Made by a program: the position numbers and the translations under genes. This document shows, one piece after another, positions 50,741 to 60,500 of a stretch of DNA of 64,000 nucleotides (position 1 is the stretch's first letter; every line of letters begins with the position of its first letter). The stretch lies in the NCBI GenBank assembly GCA_963777505.1, contig CAVZQN010000004.1:128001-192000 (forward strand). Direction: 5' to 3'. Origin of the DNA: an uncultured bacterium. GTDB taxonomy: Bacteria; Acidobacteriota; HRBIN11; JAKEFK01. The notes under the pieces were generated by a model that saw only the letters and a program-made list of their open reading frames with translations, searched no databases and was not told the origin of the DNA.

Positions 50741-51340
50741 ATGACTCCAACTGAAACTCACGATTTGATGGCGCCCTTATTGTCCGCTTATGAATTGAAC
50801 ATGTTGGACGCCGAAGATCGAAAGCAAATGGCAAATCACATTTGCCACTGTGACGAATGTTTCGAAACGTTTTATCGATTTATTCCAGTGAATTCCGGGT
50901 TACTTCAAATCAAGAAATCGGAAACCGTAAAGGCTCCTGAAGTAGTACAGCATCGGAGGTGGCATTGGCTTCTGACTGCGATCATGGCGATGCTCCTTGT
51001 CATGGCGTTTTGGTTGTTCCGGCAGAGTTCCAAACTACAAGAAGAGATCATGAAAGGAGCCGCTCAAATCCAATTGATTTCCCCCCCGAATCATCAGGAA
51101 GTTCAATCGCCTGTCGTATTTCGATGGGAAGAAGAGCCGGAAGCAGAATTTTATAAAATCTATGTTTTCAAAAACGAAATTATTTTCGTTGAAGGAGAGC
51201 ATGTCAGCTCTCCGCAATTTGAATGGGTACCGCCTTCCACGGCAAAACCAGGAAAGTATCAATGGAAAGTGGAATCCTATTTCAGTGATGGTACTCGCAT
51301 TCGTGATTCAGTTACCTTCGCAATAAAATTAGAAAACTAG
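50741..51340 (+). CDS. Zinc-finger anti-sigma factor (zf-HC2) with TM and Ig-like domain
   Basis: LLSAY..HICHCDEC (HxxxCxxC), TM, LISPP..FRW..Y..GKYQWKV. Confidence 0.8.
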   Translation: MTPTETHDLMAPLLSAYELNMLDAEDRKQMANHICHCDECFETFYRFIPVNSGLLQIKKSETVKAPEVVQHRRWHWLLTAIMAMLLVMAFWLFRQSSKLQEEIMKGAAQIQLISPPNHQEVQSPVVFRWEEEPEAEFYKIYVFKNEIIFVEGEHVSSPQFEWVPPSTAKPGKYQWKVESYFSDGTRIRDSVTFAIKLEN

Positions 51341-51345
51341 GATTT

Positions 51346-51362
51346 ACCGCAGAGTCGCAGAG
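51346..51362 (+). repeat. ACCGCAAAGACGCAGAG-family short repeat
   Basis: ACCGCAGAGTCGCAGAG between convergent genes. Confidence 0.75.
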
Positions 51363-51366
51363 GTCC

Positions 51367-52350
51367 TCAATTCACAGCATCGTATGCCACTTCGGCATTT
51401 TGTTTGAGTCGATCAGCATAGCCGCGATAATCCTTGTATTGAGGAAAATCGAGTTCTTTCACGAAAGCTTCTTTAGATTTGCCGGCAGCTTTTGCTTTCG
51501 TTGCAGCATCTAACAAGTCCTGAATGTATTGACGAAAACCCTTCAGTCCCGCAAGATCCGTTACCTCGCCATGACCCGGAATGATCGTTACGTTCGCCGG
51601 AACACGTGCGATCACTTTATCAAGAGACGTTAGATATCCTTTTGGCGAGCCGCCGCCTTCCACATCAATAAAGGGAATTGTTTTATGAAAAAACATATCG
51701 CCCATGTGGAGCACATTCGCTTTTTCAAAATAAACGACACTATCTCCATCTGTATGTGCAGGCGGTACATGCCAAACTTGAATCGTTTCACCACCCAAAT
51801 AGATCCGGAACTCAGAATCAAATGTCAAAAAGGGCAGAGGGATCTCTTCTACTTTCACTTTTTTTGCCCACTCGATTTGTTCTTCCATATATTTCACACG
51901 ATCGGCATTGCCTGCTTTACGGGCTTCTTCAAGCAGAGCCGGAAATTCCGCAAGAATATCCTTTGGAGAAGCAAGCATACGTTTCCGTACATTGTCATGT
52001 GCAAGGATCATCGCAAACTTTAAAAAATATTCATTGCCGCCTGTATGATCCCCATGATGATGAGTATTTAATAAATACTTGATAGGACGATCCGTTACAC
52101 TTTTGATTTTTGCTTCAATTCCTGGGGCAAGATCACGAAATTGTGAATCAACAACAAAAACCGATTCCGGGCCGACAAAAAATCCTATATTGCCTCCGCG
52201 TCCGTATAAGGCATAAACAGACCCCGCTAGTGGCTTCAATGTAAAAGGGTCTTTTGGGGTTTGTTCATGATGTTGAGTTTGCGTTTGTGTTTGAGCAAAA
52301 ATTGAAATCGGGATAAAAACCAACAGCAGAAAGATTATTCTTCGAATCAT
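51367..52350 (-). CDS. Metallo-beta-lactamase-fold hydrolase (secreted)
   Basis: THHHGDHTGGN, AHTDGD, GD, PGHG; signal peptide. Confidence 0.92.
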   Translation of the reverse strand: MIRRIIFLLLVFIPISIFAQTQTQTQHHEQTPKDPFTLKPLAGSVYALYGRGGNIGFFVGPESVFVVDSQFRDLAPGIEAKIKSVTDRPIKYLLNTHHHGDHTGGNEYFLKFAMILAHDNVRKRMLASPKDILAEFPALLEEARKAGNADRVKYMEEQIEWAKKVKVEEIPLPFLTFDSEFRIYLGGETIQVWHVPPAHTDGDSVVYFEKANVLHMGDMFFHKTIPFIDVEGGGSPKGYLTSLDKVIARVPANVTIIPGHGEVTDLAGLKGFRQYIQDLLDAATKAKAAGKSKEAFVKELDFPQYKDYRGYADRLKQNAEVAYDAVN

Positions 52351-52388
52351 TTGATTCTCCTTTTTTTACCGCAAAGACGCAAAATGTT

Positions 52389-53135
52389 TTACTTGAAAAA
52401 GAATTTAAGCGGGCGCCAGAGCCTGTGTGACCAATCCAGCTCTGTATGATCTCCATCTTTATCGAAGAAGTATTCCAAATCAACCCCTTTTTTGTAGCCT
52501 TTGTCTTTTAAGACGGCAAGCATTTGTCTATATCCAGGAAGTAACAAGCGGTCCAGCTTTTTTGTACCACAATCTAGATAAATGCGGATATTCTTTTTCG
52601 GCTTTGTGAATGTTTGAACTTCCTTAATGATGGAATTATGTTTCCACAGAAATGCGCTTGAAAAACAAGCTGCAGATGAAAATACATTTGGATGCCACCA
52701 GGAAATCAAAAATGAAATTAATCCACCCATGGAAGCTCCAAGATTTGCTGTATTGCTTCGATCGGGCAGCGTCCTATAGGTATTGTCAATAAAGGGTTTT
52801 AGTTGTTTCACTAGAAATTCTGCGTAACTTTTGCCGCGTGTGCCACCCGCGTATTCTGTGTCGCGATCTGGGGAATTATAAATTCCTACGGCAATGAATT
52901 CTTTGATGGTTCTTTTTTTGATCAACCGTTGTGCTACGCGATCCAATCCCCATGGCACACCGAGGAAGGAAGTTGCAGGGTCAATCATATTCTGGCCATC
53001 ATGAACATAGAGCACCGGAAAACGTTTGCGCGGTTTTTTCCAATATGAAGGTGGCAGCCAGATGATTACATCGCGGGGGTACCTGAGTAGCGGGCTCTCA
53101 ATGTTGCGATGATAACGGATAAATTTCGGATCCAT
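52389..53135 (-). CDS. Alpha/beta hydrolase (putative esterase family)
   Basis: FPVLYVHDGQN, LKPFID, GASMGG, DCG, HTE..W..R. Confidence 0.9.
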   Translation of the reverse strand: MDPKFIRYHRNIESPLLRYPRDVIIWLPPSYWKKPRKRFPVLYVHDGQNMIDPATSFLGVPWGLDRVAQRLIKKRTIKEFIAVGIYNSPDRDTEYAGGTRGKSYAEFLVKQLKPFIDNTYRTLPDRSNTANLGASMGGLISFLISWWHPNVFSSAACFSSAFLWKHNSIIKEVQTFTKPKKNIRIYLDCGTKKLDRLLLPGYRQMLAVLKDKGYKKGVDLEYFFDKDGDHTELDWSHRLWRPLKFFFK

Positions 53136-53153
53136 TTACAAGCGCACATCATA

Positions 53154-53651
53154 TCATTGGCCTTCTTTGGAACCGAGGATCATAACTGAAACGGTGCGAT
53201 CGCGTGCGCAGTCTAGTTCTAGAAAGAAAACACGCTGCCAACGGCCCAGTACCAAACGGCCATGCGCAAGATTTAATGTTTGTGCCGGGCTCAGCAGCAG
53301 AGCTTTGCAATGAGCATGACCATTCGCAAGTTCTCCTGGCTGCATATTGACTGTGCGGATAGAAAAATCATCATGACGGTATTTTGCTTTTCTTGGAGCA
53401 TGCCGTTCAAGCATCCGTTTCATATCTTGAAGTAACAAAGGCTCATTTTCATTCACAATAATTGCGGCTGTTGTGTGCAAGGATTGGATATTCACAAACC
53501 CTGAATAACATCCGCAGTCGCTGATGATGGATTGAATTCTTTCTGTAATATCGATAAATTGCAGTGTTTTTCGCGAACGAATGCGGATGAATTCATGATA
53601 CGCAGATAGGCCTGGTGACGGATCGACAAATTGAATTTTTGTGTTTTGCAT
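53154..53651 (-). CDS. yjbQ: YjbQ/UPF0047 family protein
   Basis: HTTAAIIVNE, YRHD, NGHAHCK, LGRWQ..F.ELD..R.R. Confidence 0.9.
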   Translation of the reverse strand: MQNTKIQFVDPSPGLSAYHEFIRIRSRKTLQFIDITERIQSIISDCGCYSGFVNIQSLHTTAAIIVNENEPLLLQDMKRMLERHAPRKAKYRHDDFSIRTVNMQPGELANGHAHCKALLLSPAQTLNLAHGRLVLGRWQRVFFLELDCARDRTVSVMILGSKEGQ

Positions 53652-53653
53652 AT

Positions 53654-54457
53654 TTATCTACCTTGAAGTATCGGAGCAGCAACAGCTCTAGATGTTGCTG
53701 CAGATTTTTTTCGCAAGAGAATCATTTGCAATGCGCGGTTCAAATGAAGATTTGAGGTTTTTCTGAATCTGCGCAAAGGAAAACCTCCAGTACGAAATAC
53801 ATTTTTGTGTCCCATCCAAACGACTAGAAGAGTGACGCGATGAAAGATGGAGTACGCCGTATTCCATAGTGCGTTAATCCAATCTGGACGATTACGCCTG
53901 AGATCCCCAAGAATGCCTGCATGAAATGCAAGATGATGCATTTCGTCACGCAGCAAATGTCTGCATATTGATTGCAATGCCGGAGAATCTGTTGCATCGC
54001 GCAAAGCACGATAATAAACTCGTGCCACGAGTTCTGCGGTCATCAACACGGCGACACACAGTTCCAGGTTCCAGCGCCGCCGTAAGAAACGGAAAATCGA
54101 ATCAGTCCAATGATGTTTTAATAAAGGAATTCCTTCCAATTGAAGAAAATGTCCCAGCAATGCGGCATGCCGTTGCTCTTCGCCAATAAATAATCGGACA
54201 GCTTCAAGCAGATATAGATCCCCTTTTTGTTCGGACTCGATTTCAGCAGCCTTAAGCAGACGCTTTCCATCCGAACTTTCGCCCAGTTGAAATGTTTGGA
54301 TCGAAGCCGATACGAAGATCCGTTCTTGAAGGGTTAATGCTGGAGATTCGTGCCATGGAATCTGCCGGGTATATGAGTTCGATTCAAAGTAGGCACACCA
54401 TTGCCGTGAATTCCAATAGATGGCGTCACGCGTATGAGGATGCGATTGTGTATCCAT
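53654..54457 (-). CDS. Ferritin-like (di-iron four-helix) domain protein
   Basis: FQLGE, EEQRH, AE...Y, DEMHH; RBS AGGAG before ATG 54457. Confidence 0.85.
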   Translation of the reverse strand: MDTQSHPHTRDAIYWNSRQWCAYFESNSYTRQIPWHESPALTLQERIFVSASIQTFQLGESSDGKRLLKAAEIESEQKGDLYLLEAVRLFIGEEQRHAALLGHFLQLEGIPLLKHHWTDSIFRFLRRRWNLELCVAVLMTAELVARVYYRALRDATDSPALQSICRHLLRDEMHHLAFHAGILGDLRRNRPDWINALWNTAYSIFHRVTLLVVWMGHKNVFRTGGFPLRRFRKTSNLHLNRALQMILLRKKSAATSRAVAAPILQGR

Positions 54458-54478
54458 TGTCTTCTCCTTAGCGCAGAG

Positions 54479-54497
54479 TACTTTGCATTGCAAAGTA
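54479..54497. promoter_or_regulatory. Palindromic operator ACTTTG-N5-CAAAGT (copy 1)
   Basis: TACTTTGCATTGCAAAGTA, upstream of the ferritin-like gene. Confidence 0.75.
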
Positions 54498-54504
54498 ATT
54501 GGCC

Positions 54505-54569
54505 TTTTTTAATGCCGAGACCGCCGGTTGTATCAACTCATGGTTTCCGGCGTGCTCGGCGTTAAAAAA
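54505..54569. repeat. Inverted doublet of the short repeat family (terminator-like hairpin)
   Basis: TTTTTTAATGCCGAGACCGCCGG...CCGGCGTGCTCGGCGTTAAAAAA; related to 57488-57550. Confidence 0.65.
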
Positions 54570-54950
54570 TTACGAGCGCGAAGCTTTTGCTGCAAATTGC
54601 ATAAAACTTTCTTTTCCTGTTTCTGATTGAACGGATTCTGCGGCGCGCGCAAGGACTTCTTCCAGCGCTTGCAAATATTCCATAAACCGGTCCCGGCCTT
54701 TATCCGTAAGAAGAATTGTCGTTTGCGGACGGTTCTTTATGAAAGTCTTACGGATACGTATGACCTTCGCTTCCTCAAGGGCTTTTAGATGTCTGCTTAA
54801 ATTGCCGTCTGTTAGATTGCATTCGTCTTTTAATTCCTGAAATGTGATGCCGTTTGCTGAACCACAAAGCTCCGATAAAATTGCAAGACGATTCGGTTCA
54901 TGAAATACACCTTTTAGAATTTGAAATGGATTTTCACGCTTTGATGTCAT
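54570..54950 (-). CDS. Winged-helix transcriptional regulator (HTH_34/ArsR-like)
   Basis: VFHEPNRLAIL, F.ELK...LTDGNLSRHLKALEE, RPQT..LT.KGR..F. Confidence 0.9.
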   Translation of the reverse strand: MTSKRENPFQILKGVFHEPNRLAILSELCGSANGITFQELKDECNLTDGNLSRHLKALEEAKVIRIRKTFIKNRPQTTILLTDKGRDRFMEYLQALEEVLARAAESVQSETGKESFMQFAAKASRS

Positions 54951-55591
54951 TGTGGATCCTCTCCGATTTTTGAGAAATTAAAAAATTCTCGAAATGAAGT
55001 TTCTTCGCTGCCGTCAAAATGTAAAATAATTCCTCCGACCCATTCACCGATAAAAAATACAATTCCCATCGGCCATGGATTCAGAAATGAAAGATCGCCT
55101 TGTAGCAGCAAAATCGTTCCACAGGCTACGTAAAACAGAGATGGAATCCAGATCGAGCGTGGAACGGTATGACGAGTTGCAAAATTTGCAAGACCAAACA
55201 GACACATCCAGATGCCAAAAAGATAGGAATAGAGTCCATGATTCAGGAATGTAAAAGTAAGAATCCCTCCGACAGCTAATGGAAGAAGAACATCCAGCAA
55301 TGGTCTGAGCCGTTTTATATCGCCTCTGTTATCAAGAAGGAACCAGTAAAGAATTGCGGCGAAGTTCAAGATAATTGCAAGAAAAAAGAGAACGCTCCAT
55401 CCGAGCAGGTGGGCGATTATAGTTTTCGGATAAATAGACAACGACATCACTGCGGCAATTATGAGAGCGAGAGTCCCCGAAATTGCGCGAGCACGGCCGG
55501 AATAACCCTTGAATCGCTGTTTCTCAAGGATCTTTTTTTGTAAGTCCCGAACCTGTGAGAGCGCTTGTTGGACAGGATTTCCTTCCATCAT
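54947..55591 (-). CDS. Multi-TM membrane protein, translationally coupled to the wHTH regulator
   Basis: About 6-7 TM; QQALSQVRDLQ N-terminal helix; ATGA overlap with the regulator start. Confidence 0.8.
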   Translation of the reverse strand: MMEGNPVQQALSQVRDLQKKILEKQRFKGYSGRARAISGTLALIIAAVMSLSIYPKTIIAHLLGWSVLFFLAIILNFAAILYWFLLDNRGDIKRLRPLLDVLLPLAVGGILTFTFLNHGLYSYLFGIWMCLFGLANFATRHTVPRSIWIPSLFYVACGTILLLQGDLSFLNPWPMGIVFFIGEWVGGIILHFDGSEETSFREFFNFSKIGEDPQ

Positions 55592-55618
55592 GACTGTAGA
55601 TAATACAAGATTGCAAAG

Positions 55619-55637
55619 AACTTTGCAATACAAAGTT
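55619..55637. promoter_or_regulatory. Palindromic operator ACTTTG-N5-CAAAGT (copy 2)
   Basis: AACTTTGCAATACAAAGTT, upstream of the membrane protein-regulator operon. Confidence 0.72.
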
Positions 55638-56307
55638 AATTGGGCAATCTTGATGCTTCCAGATCCTCATCGATGTCAATTTCCTCGGACTGCCGTATTT
55701 TTTCGCGTTTTCTCGTGAAGTAAATCAATCCGGACATAACTCCCAGGAAAAATCCGATTGCATGCGCGCGGTAACTCACCGTTGGCTCAATGACTGAAGG
55801 TACAAATACAATTAGAACGAAGCCCAAACTTCTAACGAGACGCTTCCCAATCGAAAAACGTCTTTCAATTAATACATACAACATCAACCAGAATCCTGCC
55901 ATGCAATACACAACACCGGAAGCTCCAACCAGAGTCACTTCGGAAGGATACGTCAGCAAAGTTACAAGATGAATGATGCAGCCAAGAAGAATCATCAATC
56001 CTGGAAAAATAGACGGTCCGAAGTAGCCATATAAGAGTGAACTGAAGAGTGCGAGTGGAATAGCATTCGATAAAAAATGCATAAAATCTGAATGAACCAG
56101 AATCGCTGTGAACAAACGCCAATACTGCTTTTGTTGAAAGACGAGTTGACCACTTGCCGGCAGCCATTGTGCAAGACCTCTCCAGTTTTCCCAATAAATG
56201 ATTGACGCAAAAAAAGCGGCTGATACCGCGGCGAGTCCAGCATATGAGCTTGAGCGTTGCGGCTTTGAGGAAAGAAGTGTTTCGCGGACAATCTGATCAG
56301 AATTCAT
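55636..56307 (-). CDS. Rhomboid intramembrane serine protease
   Basis: WRLFT..LVH...H..SN, GASG, AHAIGF. Confidence 0.92.
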   Translation of the reverse strand: MNSDQIVRETLLSSKPQRSSSYAGLAAVSAAFFASIIYWENWRGLAQWLPASGQLVFQQKQYWRLFTAILVHSDFMHFLSNAIPLALFSSLLYGYFGPSIFPGLMILLGCIIHLVTLLTYPSEVTLVGASGVVYCMAGFWLMLYVLIERRFSIGKRLVRSLGFVLIVFVPSVIEPTVSYRAHAIGFFLGVMSGLIYFTRKREKIRQSEEIDIDEDLEASRLPN

Positions 56308-56355
56308 TTTAGCTCAACCGCCAAGCACGAAGATCGGCCAGAAATATTAGTGTAT

Positions 56356-57486
56356 TTATTTTGAAAAACGATCGATACGGAAGCCATCAATTGGGTGTGC
56401 CGTTTTTCCATCCAGACATAAATCAGCAAGTATTTCGCCTACAACGGGTGCAAACTTAAATCCATGCCCTGAAAAACCTGCTGCTATAAAGCAACGTGGA
56501 AATTCAGGATGAACATCGATTATGAAATGTTGATCCGGAGTCATCGTGTACAAACATACCTTACCTTCCAATAACTGACTGCTGACTTCGGGTAGATAGT
56601 TTTTCAAGAAACTTTGCAGTTGAACGGCATCATGGTCAGAGAACTCGCGTGGAACATCGTTAGGATCGTTAAACAATAGTCCACCACCATGGCGAGCAAG
56701 TTTTAATCCTTCATGCTGATAAAGTGGGAACCCGTAAAAAATTCCTGCTGGTGTTTCCGCAAGAAAAACCGGGAAACGAGCCGGATCAAATGCGGATGAA
56801 TCATTGGGTGGAAACCAACCGATGGCCTGTCGTTGAATTTGAAGCGGCAATGAAAGGTCCGCAAGTAAACGTGTGTTCCAGGCACCGCCGCAAACCAGCA
56901 CAGCTCCTGCATCGTAGGATGCTTTTGAAGTTTGAACCTGAACAGAATTTCCGAGGAATTTGATGTCTTCAACGGATTCATTTTCATTCAGCACTGCTCC
57001 GTATTGTTGAGCAAGTTCAAGATGCGAACGGATACATATTTCAACGATCAGAAAACCGGCCATTGGATCGAAGCAGATGTGCCAATCATCAGGAATATGA
57101 AATTGTGGCCATCGTGTTGAAGCTTCTTTTGATCGTAAATGTTCATACGGCAAATGGTGATCAATACATGCCTTCAATGCGCCTGAAAATACGGTACTTT
57201 GTTCGGGACCCACATCGATTCCGCCTGAGCGGACAAGCATTTGTTTGCCGGTCTCTTTTTCAAGCAGCTGCCACAGTTCATCGGACCGCAGGACAAGTGG
57301 TACATAGTCAGGTGATTCGAAGTATGCATGCCGGATGATGCGTGTGTAGCCAGTATGGCTTCCGAGATCATGAACCGCTTTGTATTGCTCAAGCACAAGC
57401 ACACGCTGCCCGCGCAATGCGAGGTGATATGCTGCAGCACTCCCCATCGTTCCCGCGCCAATGATAATTGCATCGTATGTCGACAT
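56356..57486 (-). CDS. solA: N-methyl-L-tryptophan oxidase / monomeric sarcosine oxidase
   Basis: IIGAGTMG FAD motif, GSHTGYTRIIRHAY, CLYTMTPD (covalent-FAD Cys), GFSGHGFKF. Confidence 0.88.
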   Translation of the reverse strand: MSTYDAIIIGAGTMGSAAAYHLALRGQRVLVLEQYKAVHDLGSHTGYTRIIRHAYFESPDYVPLVLRSDELWQLLEKETGKQMLVRSGGIDVGPEQSTVFSGALKACIDHHLPYEHLRSKEASTRWPQFHIPDDWHICFDPMAGFLIVEICIRSHLELAQQYGAVLNENESVEDIKFLGNSVQVQTSKASYDAGAVLVCGGAWNTRLLADLSLPLQIQRQAIGWFPPNDSSAFDPARFPVFLAETPAGIFYGFPLYQHEGLKLARHGGGLLFNDPNDVPREFSDHDAVQLQSFLKNYLPEVSSQLLEGKVCLYTMTPDQHFIIDVHPEFPRCFIAAGFSGHGFKFAPVVGEILADLCLDGKTAHPIDGFRIDRFSK

Positions 57487-57487
57487 A

Positions 57488-57550
57488 TTTTTTTAACGCA
57501 GAGGCCGCCGAGTTTAAAAAAAATTCTCTCGGCGTACTTGGCGTTAAAAA
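57488..57550. repeat. Inverted doublet of the short repeat family (terminator-like hairpin)
   Basis: TTTTTAACGCAGAGGCCGCCGAG...CTCGGCGTACTTGGCGTTAAAAA. Confidence 0.65.
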
Positions 57551-60500
57551 TTAGTTTACATCAGATACACGAATGCGAAGCTCTTCACCATTCGCGCGAA
57601 TTTCGGGAACATACATCGCATGTCCAAGCAAAGGGAGAGCATGAAATTGACCTGGAACTTCTGCGCGCAAGGAATATCGGATCTGCCAGACTCCTTGCGG
57701 CAACTTATCAATGAACAACGCAACCTTTCTGTCGCGCAATTCTTGATACACCCATCGAGTGCGTCCAGTATGATCTTCCGATTGTTCTTGAGGCGCTGAA
57801 ATTTTAGATTGCTCTTTTTTGTTTCCTAACTTGCGTTCAACTGCTCCTGATTTTAATTCAGTGGCAAACAATGATTCACCGCTGCGTATTTCGACAGCTT
57901 CAAGTCCGGCAGGTTTCAAATCTTCAAATACGAGATATTCATAATTGTTTTTGGCTTCGATCGTAACGACAACTTCCACTCGTTCACCACTTTTGACTTC
58001 CCCTGAATCGGTTAGTGGAACTCGATCGTAGGTGTAGCCTTTTAACAATGTTGGTTTGCCCGATAAGCGGAAATATTCACGTTTTACGAAAATTTCATTT
58101 CCTGCGGCCGTTACAGGTTCTTCCAGACTGAAGAATTTTGCTTCGGTTGAAAAGTAAAGCGGGCCATTTCCAGATTTTTTGCGAATCTGGATTTCGTTAT
58201 TGCCGTCTCTCAGCAGTTCCTGCTTAATGCGGAACAAGCTCGGTGCTGAAAGAACAGATGCTGGAGTCACACGTTGGGTTGCTATGTGTGAACCATTTAC
58301 AAGTACATCGAATTCCAAATCAGTTTTCAATTCCTGACTGACTTTTAGATAGTCTGTTAGCGTGTAAAGTACGAATGCTGTATCGCGTGTATTACTCCAT
58401 TGCGCACCGCGGCGATTTTTGATCAGCCAATTAGAAACGGGTTCAATCAAAGTATTCTGAGGATCGATTGCTAACAATGCGCGAAGCACAAATGCAGTCG
58501 CTTCAACGCCACCATCGGACCAGCGCCAGTAAATTCCATCTTCACCCCAATGCGCGGTACCCATCACTGATTCTGAAGTTTCCTGACCTTTAATCAAGAT
58601 TGAAGTATCGGGAGCTTGATCGCGTTTGACACCGTTTTCGAGATTGCGAATTAATACCGATGCCTTTTCACGATCACCGTACTGGTGTGCACTCAATGCC
58701 AGCAGTGCGCGAGTATATGCATTTAACCGGTCTTTGTTCTTCCACAAATTCGCTAGCGCTTTTTGTTCGTAATCACCAGGTCCCGATTTGATTTGAGCTT
58801 TATACGAAGATAATGCATGAAGCATCCAGGATTGCATGTCATATGAATCTTCCTGTTCAACAAGTTCCTTCGCCAAAAATTCAGCCCCGCGATTGAGCGC
58901 ATCTTCGCGAACTTCGACTCCGGCAGCGCGCGCGAGTGTAAAGCCCCACACAACATAGCCAGTCATGAAGTGATCGCTCTCACCTTCTTTCCACCAGCCC
59001 CATCCTCCATCCTGATGCTGGAAATCATAAAGACGCTGAAGTCCGGCATTGACCATATCAGACAGTTTCTTCAGATCTTTTTTCCCTTCCGGATGAGTTT
59101 TTGCAAGATGTTCTTCAACGATGCCGCCATAATTCTGATTTGCTGTTTTCTTCAAGTTCAAATCGTTGATTGTTTTCGCAACCAGAACTGCAGGCAGGAA
59201 TCGGCTCATCGTTTGTTCGGTACAGCCATACGGATAATCGATTAAATAGGGAAGTGCATCGAGCATCGTGACAGCCATGCTTGGTGTCACTTGCAGCGAA
59301 AGAGACGTTGAATCCTTTTTACGGGCAGCAGGAATGTTGAGTTGGATTGTTACCTCTTGTCCGCGGACCTTTCCTGATTTCACCAACAGTTTTTCAATTC
59401 CATGTTCAAAGACCGGATAAGTCTTTTCCATCGCATCTGCGAATTCCCCGCCGCGTGAAGTGACTCGAAGTTTCGCCAAGCCCGCTTCTCGAACTTCAAC
59501 ATTCCAATCGACACGTTTTTCGCTGTTGGGTTCTACAGTTACCGAAGTCGTCTTTAATCCTGCTTCCCCAATCGCTAATCCGCTTGCTTCAAGTGTTGTA
59601 GAAACACTGAATGCTTTTTCAGTGTTGTTATTGATTACCCCCGATATCGTGACGCGATCTCCTACTACGAAGAAACGTGGCGCCTGCAAACGTACGATTA
59701 GTGGTTTGCGGGTTTTTGTTGTTGCATCTCCGATTCCAAATTGATTTGAATTGCTCGCAACACGCGCCGTTGCTTTCCATGCTGTTAGGGAATCCGGATA
59801 TTTTACGCGAACTGTCGCAATGCCCGTTTTGTCTGTAACAACATCCGGTTTCCAAAATGCTGTTGCGCGAAAATCGGTACGGACTTCTACGGCTGCTTCT
59901 TCCGGCGCGGCTAGTGCTTCTTTTGCCAGCGCTTTCTCCGCTACTCTTGCATTGCGACGTGCCCCCGCAACAGCGGGTGGCGGGGGTGCAGCCTGATCTG
60001 CTCCCACTTTGCTTTCTGATTGCGCCATTGCGCCACCAACAGCATCAAACTCCAACTTATTGCCAAGTTCTTGCCGCTCGCGATCATCAAAATCACGCCT
60101 TTTTAAATCAACGTAACTTTTTTGCTGAAAGGTGCTGAAGGTCTGAACTGTCTGGCTCCGTTTTTCGCCAAAGAAAAATTGTCGTGGATCACCGGCATAA
60201 TCTTGTTGAATGTAGGAAACAGATTCATCAGAAAGTGAAAGCGCAAGTTCCGCCGCAACGGGATTTCCATCCGCATCTTTAGTTGTTACCGACAGTGTTC
60301 CTTCTTCGCCAGGCTGATATTGTTCACGATCCGATTTCACCTGCACCTGCAAGAAGTTTTTAACAGGAGGTACAACGACTTGCTTTGTATCCATGAAGAT
60401 CTGTCGATCATTCACCATCACTGCGTTTAAGAAAATATTCGGGACATGTTTTTCTTCGATCGGCAGCTCTATCAATTTGACGGTGCCAGTCATGTGAATC

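Noticed and set aside
54458-55633. Similar N-termini MQCKVLC / MYCKVLC on two ORF-track proteins
   Set aside because: These are translations of the shared operator palindrome from TTG starts; the likely starts are 54457 and 55591/55588
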